A program made the position numbers and the translations under genes. A stretch of 44,288 nucleotides of DNA from a virus: IMG/VR virus record IMGVR_UViG_3300045996_000964, positions 1 through 44,288 of that record. One strand, 5' to 3'. The notes under the pieces were generated by a model. That model did no database searches. It was not told the origin of the DNA and was given only the letters and a program-made list of their open reading frames with translations. Below are positions 41,387-44,288 of this stretch, piece after piece. Positions within the stretch are counted from its first letter, which is position 1, and each line of letters begins with the position of its first letter.

Positions 41387-43788
41387 TGGCACTCCGATCG
41401 GGGTCCATCCCCAATCTCCTGAACGGCGTCTCCGAGCAGCCGCAGTCGCTCCGCCACCCGACGCAGGGTGAGGAGCAGGTGAACATGCTCTCGTCCACCG
41501 TCAAGGGGCTCAGCAAGCGCCCGCCGGCACAGTTCGACAGCAAGCCTGACGTTGTCACTCCTGGCACTGGGTCGTTCCTCCACTTCATCGACCGCGACCC
41601 GACCGAGCGATACGTCCTGGTGATCAAGAGCGATGGCTCGGTCAACGTGTGGGACACGAACGCCCTCGCTTGGAAGACCGTCGCTACCCCGGATGGTATC
41701 GGCTACCTCACGTCGGCCGGCGGTTACGACCCCAAGGACAAGCTCCGCGCGATGACCGTGGGCGACTACACCTTCATCGTCAACAAGCAGGTGTCGGTCG
41801 CAAAGAGCAGCACCCTGTCCACCGACCGGATCTACGGCGGACTGTGCTGGGTCAAGCAGGGCGCCTACAGCTCGATCTACCGGATGCTCAACAGCTCCGG
41901 CTCCGTGCTCGGTTCGTACACCACTGACGCAGCCGACGTGACCACCATCCGCACCTCGAAGATCGCGTCCGAGCTGGCAACGTCGATCGGCAGCCACGCC
42001 AACTTCGACACCGTCTACATCACCGGCTCGAACGCCTTCCAGGTCGACCGGACGGACAACACCGACTTCGACAACTCGGTCGACGACACCATCGGTGGCA
42101 ACGGCCTCGGCTACATCCACAAGACCGTCCAGAACTTCGGCAACCTCCCCAACAAGGCCCTCATGGGGATGATCCTGGAGATCACCGGCGACCCCGGCAC
42201 GAAGTTCGACAACTTCTACGTGAAGTCCACCGGCACCGCCTCCTCGGGCTCCTACGGCGACGCCACCTGGACCGAATGCGTGGCGCCGGCCATCGAGTAC
42301 AAGTTCGATGCGTCGACCATGCCTCACATCCTGGTCCGCGAGAGCGACGGCACGTTCACCTTCAAGCAGGCCACCTGGACCGATCGAAAGGCTGGCAACG
42401 CCACGACCAACCCGTGGCCGAGCTTCACCGGCCGGAAGATCGAGGACGTGTTCTTCTACAGCAACCGCCTGGGCTTCCTCTCCAATGAGAGCGTGATCCT
42501 CTCGGAGCTTGGCAAGCCGTTCAGCTTCTTCCGCAAGACCGTCACCACGAGCCTGGACACCGACCCGATCGACGTGACGGTGACCACCAACAAGGTGGCC
42601 AAGCTGTACCACGCCGTCCCCCACGATGGTGGGCTGATCCTGTTCTCTGACCGGGCGCAGTTCACGATGACCGGCGACCCCCTCACGCCAGCCTCGGCGG
42701 CGCTTCAGGTGGTCACCGAGTACGACTGCAACGTGTCGATGAAGCCGATCTCCTCGGGCTTCGGCATCTTCTTCGCCTTCGAGCGCGGGGCCGATACCGG
42801 CATCCGGGAGTTCACCAAGGACAAGGGTGGCACGGGCTACACCGCCCAGGACATCACCGACTACGTCTCGGGCTACATCGCCAAGGATGCTGTCAAGATG
42901 TCCCACGCCAAGACCGAGGACCTATTCGTCGTACTGACGGATACCGAACCCAAGAAGCTCTACGTCCACTCCTACAAGTGGGCCGACAGGATCGAGGGTC
43001 GGGAGAAGGTCCAAAGCTCGTGGTCGGTGTGGGAGTTCCCCTACAACATCGCCCTGGTCGCGCCGATGGATCACTTCATCCTCGTGGTGTTCGATCGGGG
43101 TTCCACCTCTCGGTACTATATCGCCAAGATCAACCTGAAGGCCGACGCGGCACCATACTCTCAGGACTGGATGCCCCACCTGGACCTGTGGCTGAAAGAT
43201 GACCACAGCCAGATCGCCAAGTCGTACAGCGGCGGCAACACCACCTTCACCCTGCCGTTCGCCTGGAGCGGGACCGGATTGGACGTTGTCGTCATGCGGC
43301 GATCCTTCAACAACCCCGCTGGTGAGATCCTCACGCCTACCTCCCAGAACGGCTCGGCGCAGACGGTCACCTTCAACGGGGTCGACCTGACCGGGGACGA
43401 GTTGTTCTTCGGCCTGCCCTACACCGCCGAGTACGAGTTCACGATGCCCACCATCAAGGAGAAGGGTATCGAAGGCGCAGCCTCGATCCCGCTCACCGAG
43501 GGCGACCTGACGCTGAACTTCTGGGCGATCAACTACGTCGACACCGGTGGGTTCGACGTCGAGGTCACGACCGAGAACGGGGTGACCCGGACCTACTCGT
43601 TCGAGGGGCCGATGATCACCGACCCTGACCGGATCAACAGGCTCAGCTCCGGCACGCTCAAGTTCCCCGTCCGCGGGCGAGCCGATGGTGACCTCACGAT
43701 CAAGATCATCGTCGACCACCCGTTCCCCGCAAACTTCGTCAACGCCGGCTGGGAAGGGAACTTCGTCCTCCGTTCCACCCGCTTCTAG
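41386..43788 (+). CDS. tail tubular protein B (T7 gp12-like)
   Basis: The N-terminus MALRSGSIPNLLNGVSEQPQSLRHPTQGEEQVN...GLSKRPP closely parallels T7 gp12 MALISQSIKNLKGGISQQPDILRYPDQGSRQVN...GLQKRPP. 800 aa, with a TAATG overlap with gp11. Confidence 0.95.
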   Translation: MALRSGSIPNLLNGVSEQPQSLRHPTQGEEQVNMLSSTVKGLSKRPPAQFDSKPDVVTPGTGSFLHFIDRDPTERYVLVIKSDGSVNVWDTNALAWKTVATPDGIGYLTSAGGYDPKDKLRAMTVGDYTFIVNKQVSVAKSSTLSTDRIYGGLCWVKQGAYSSIYRMLNSSGSVLGSYTTDAADVTTIRTSKIASELATSIGSHANFDTVYITGSNAFQVDRTDNTDFDNSVDDTIGGNGLGYIHKTVQNFGNLPNKALMGMILEITGDPGTKFDNFYVKSTGTASSGSYGDATWTECVAPAIEYKFDASTMPHILVRESDGTFTFKQATWTDRKAGNATTNPWPSFTGRKIEDVFFYSNRLGFLSNESVILSELGKPFSFFRKTVTTSLDTDPIDVTVTTNKVAKLYHAVPHDGGLILFSDRAQFTMTGDPLTPASAALQVVTEYDCNVSMKPISSGFGIFFAFERGADTGIREFTKDKGGTGYTAQDITDYVSGYIAKDAVKMSHAKTEDLFVVLTDTEPKKLYVHSYKWADRIEGREKVQSSWSVWEFPYNIALVAPMDHFILVVFDRGSTSRYYIAKINLKADAAPYSQDWMPHLDLWLKDDHSQIAKSYSGGNTTFTLPFAWSGTGLDVVVMRRSFNNPAGEILTPTSQNGSAQTVTFNGVDLTGDELFFGLPYTAEYEFTMPTIKEKGIEGAASIPLTEGDLTLNFWAINYVDTGGFDVEVTTENGVTRTYSFEGPMITDPDRINRLSSGTLKFPVRGRADGDLTIKIIVDHPFPANFVNAGWEGNFVLRSTRF

Positions 43789-43798
43789 GGAGCATCCC

Positions 43799-44288
43799 AT
43801 GGCAGCAGTCCGCCCGTCCATCCTTCCCGACGTGGCGGCCTGCGCCGCGAAGATGCGCCCCGCTGATCAAGCTGAGGTCGGCGCCCTGGGCTACTCACCG
43901 CTCGGGGCGCTGGCCGAAGGCTTCGAGATCTCCGACCCCTGCCTCACGATCGTAGACGAGGCCGGCGAGCCCATCGGCATGTTCGGTGCCGTCCCCTGGC
44001 CTGACCGCGGGGTCGCCAACGTCTGGCTCCTCGCCACCGAAGGGCTCGTGACGGTGGCCAGGCGGCAGTTCATCCGCGAGTGCCGCGCCTGGGTCGACGT
44101 CCTGAACGCCAAGTACCCACTCCTGACCAACCTCGTTCATGCGCGCAACACGGTCCACCTCCGGTGGCTCCGGTGGTGCGGCTTCGAGTTCGGCTCCCCC
44201 CTGCCCATCAACGGGCACCAGTTCATCCCCTTCGCGAGGCAACACCATGTGCGGACCAGCCGCGATCCCTCTTGCGACCCTGGCTGTC
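43799..44288 (+). CDS. internal virion protein A (T7 gp13-position) candidate; the ORF runs off the window end and continues at 125-186
   Basis: GGGAG SD lies 6 nt upstream of ATG 43799. The gene sits between the gp12-like and gp14-like genes. There is no stop before the junction, and about 183 aa are coded if read to TGA 184-186. Confidence 0.5.
   Translation, partial: MAAVRPSILPDVAACAAKMRPADQAEVGALGYSPLGALAEGFEISDPCLTIVDEAGEPIGMFGAVPWPDRGVANVWLLATEGLVTVARRQFIRECRAWVDVLNAKYPLLTNLVHARNTVHLRWLRWCGFEFGSPLPINGHQFIPFARQHHVRTSRDPSCDPGC
44165..44288. repeat. Terminal overlap partner of bases 1-124
   Basis: Exact 124-nt identity with the window start. Confidence 0.95.

Overview
The window is a complete, circularly closed phage genome. 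Bases 1-124 are identical to 44165-44288, leaving about 44,164 unique bp. It is a GC-rich T7-like podovirus. By eye I recognise a single-subunit RNA polymerase, gp4-type primase-helicase, family A DNA polymerase, gp6-type exonuclease, endonuclease I and a gp2.5-type SSB. The structural set includes the portal, scaffold, gp10-type capsid, tail tubular proteins A and B, a gp13-16-like internal virion protein block, and small and large terminase subunits. Almost all genes are on the + strand, tightly packed and often coupled through ATGA, TGATG or GTGA overlaps. The T7 plan is interrupted in six ways. (1) An accessory island at about 13.95-20.9 kb holds a reverse-strand secreted protein, a MarR-like regulator, a tyrosine integrase, a lower-GC Vsr + C5-methyltransferase + putative endonuclease cassette, a complete tRNA-Leu(CAA) and a frameshifted Bro-N-type pseudogene. 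(2) Two further lower-GC reverse-strand genes lie at 9.4-9.8 kb and at 38.7-39.4 kb, the latter wedged between a tail-protein gene and the capsid gene. (3) About 2.4 kb (8.9-11.35 kb) is repeat-containing and largely ORF-poor, and probably holds the genome ends and the early control region. (4) The lysis genes and an SGNH-esterase/LamG protein sit between scaffold and capsid. (5) A 26-27-nt promoter-like element occurs 3 times. (6) A shorter motif, cTGAwCwATCCACc, occurs about 12 times, always on the + strand and just upstream of start codons. All functional calls come from motifs and gene order read by eye. No similarity search was possible, and start codons are chosen from SD spacing.
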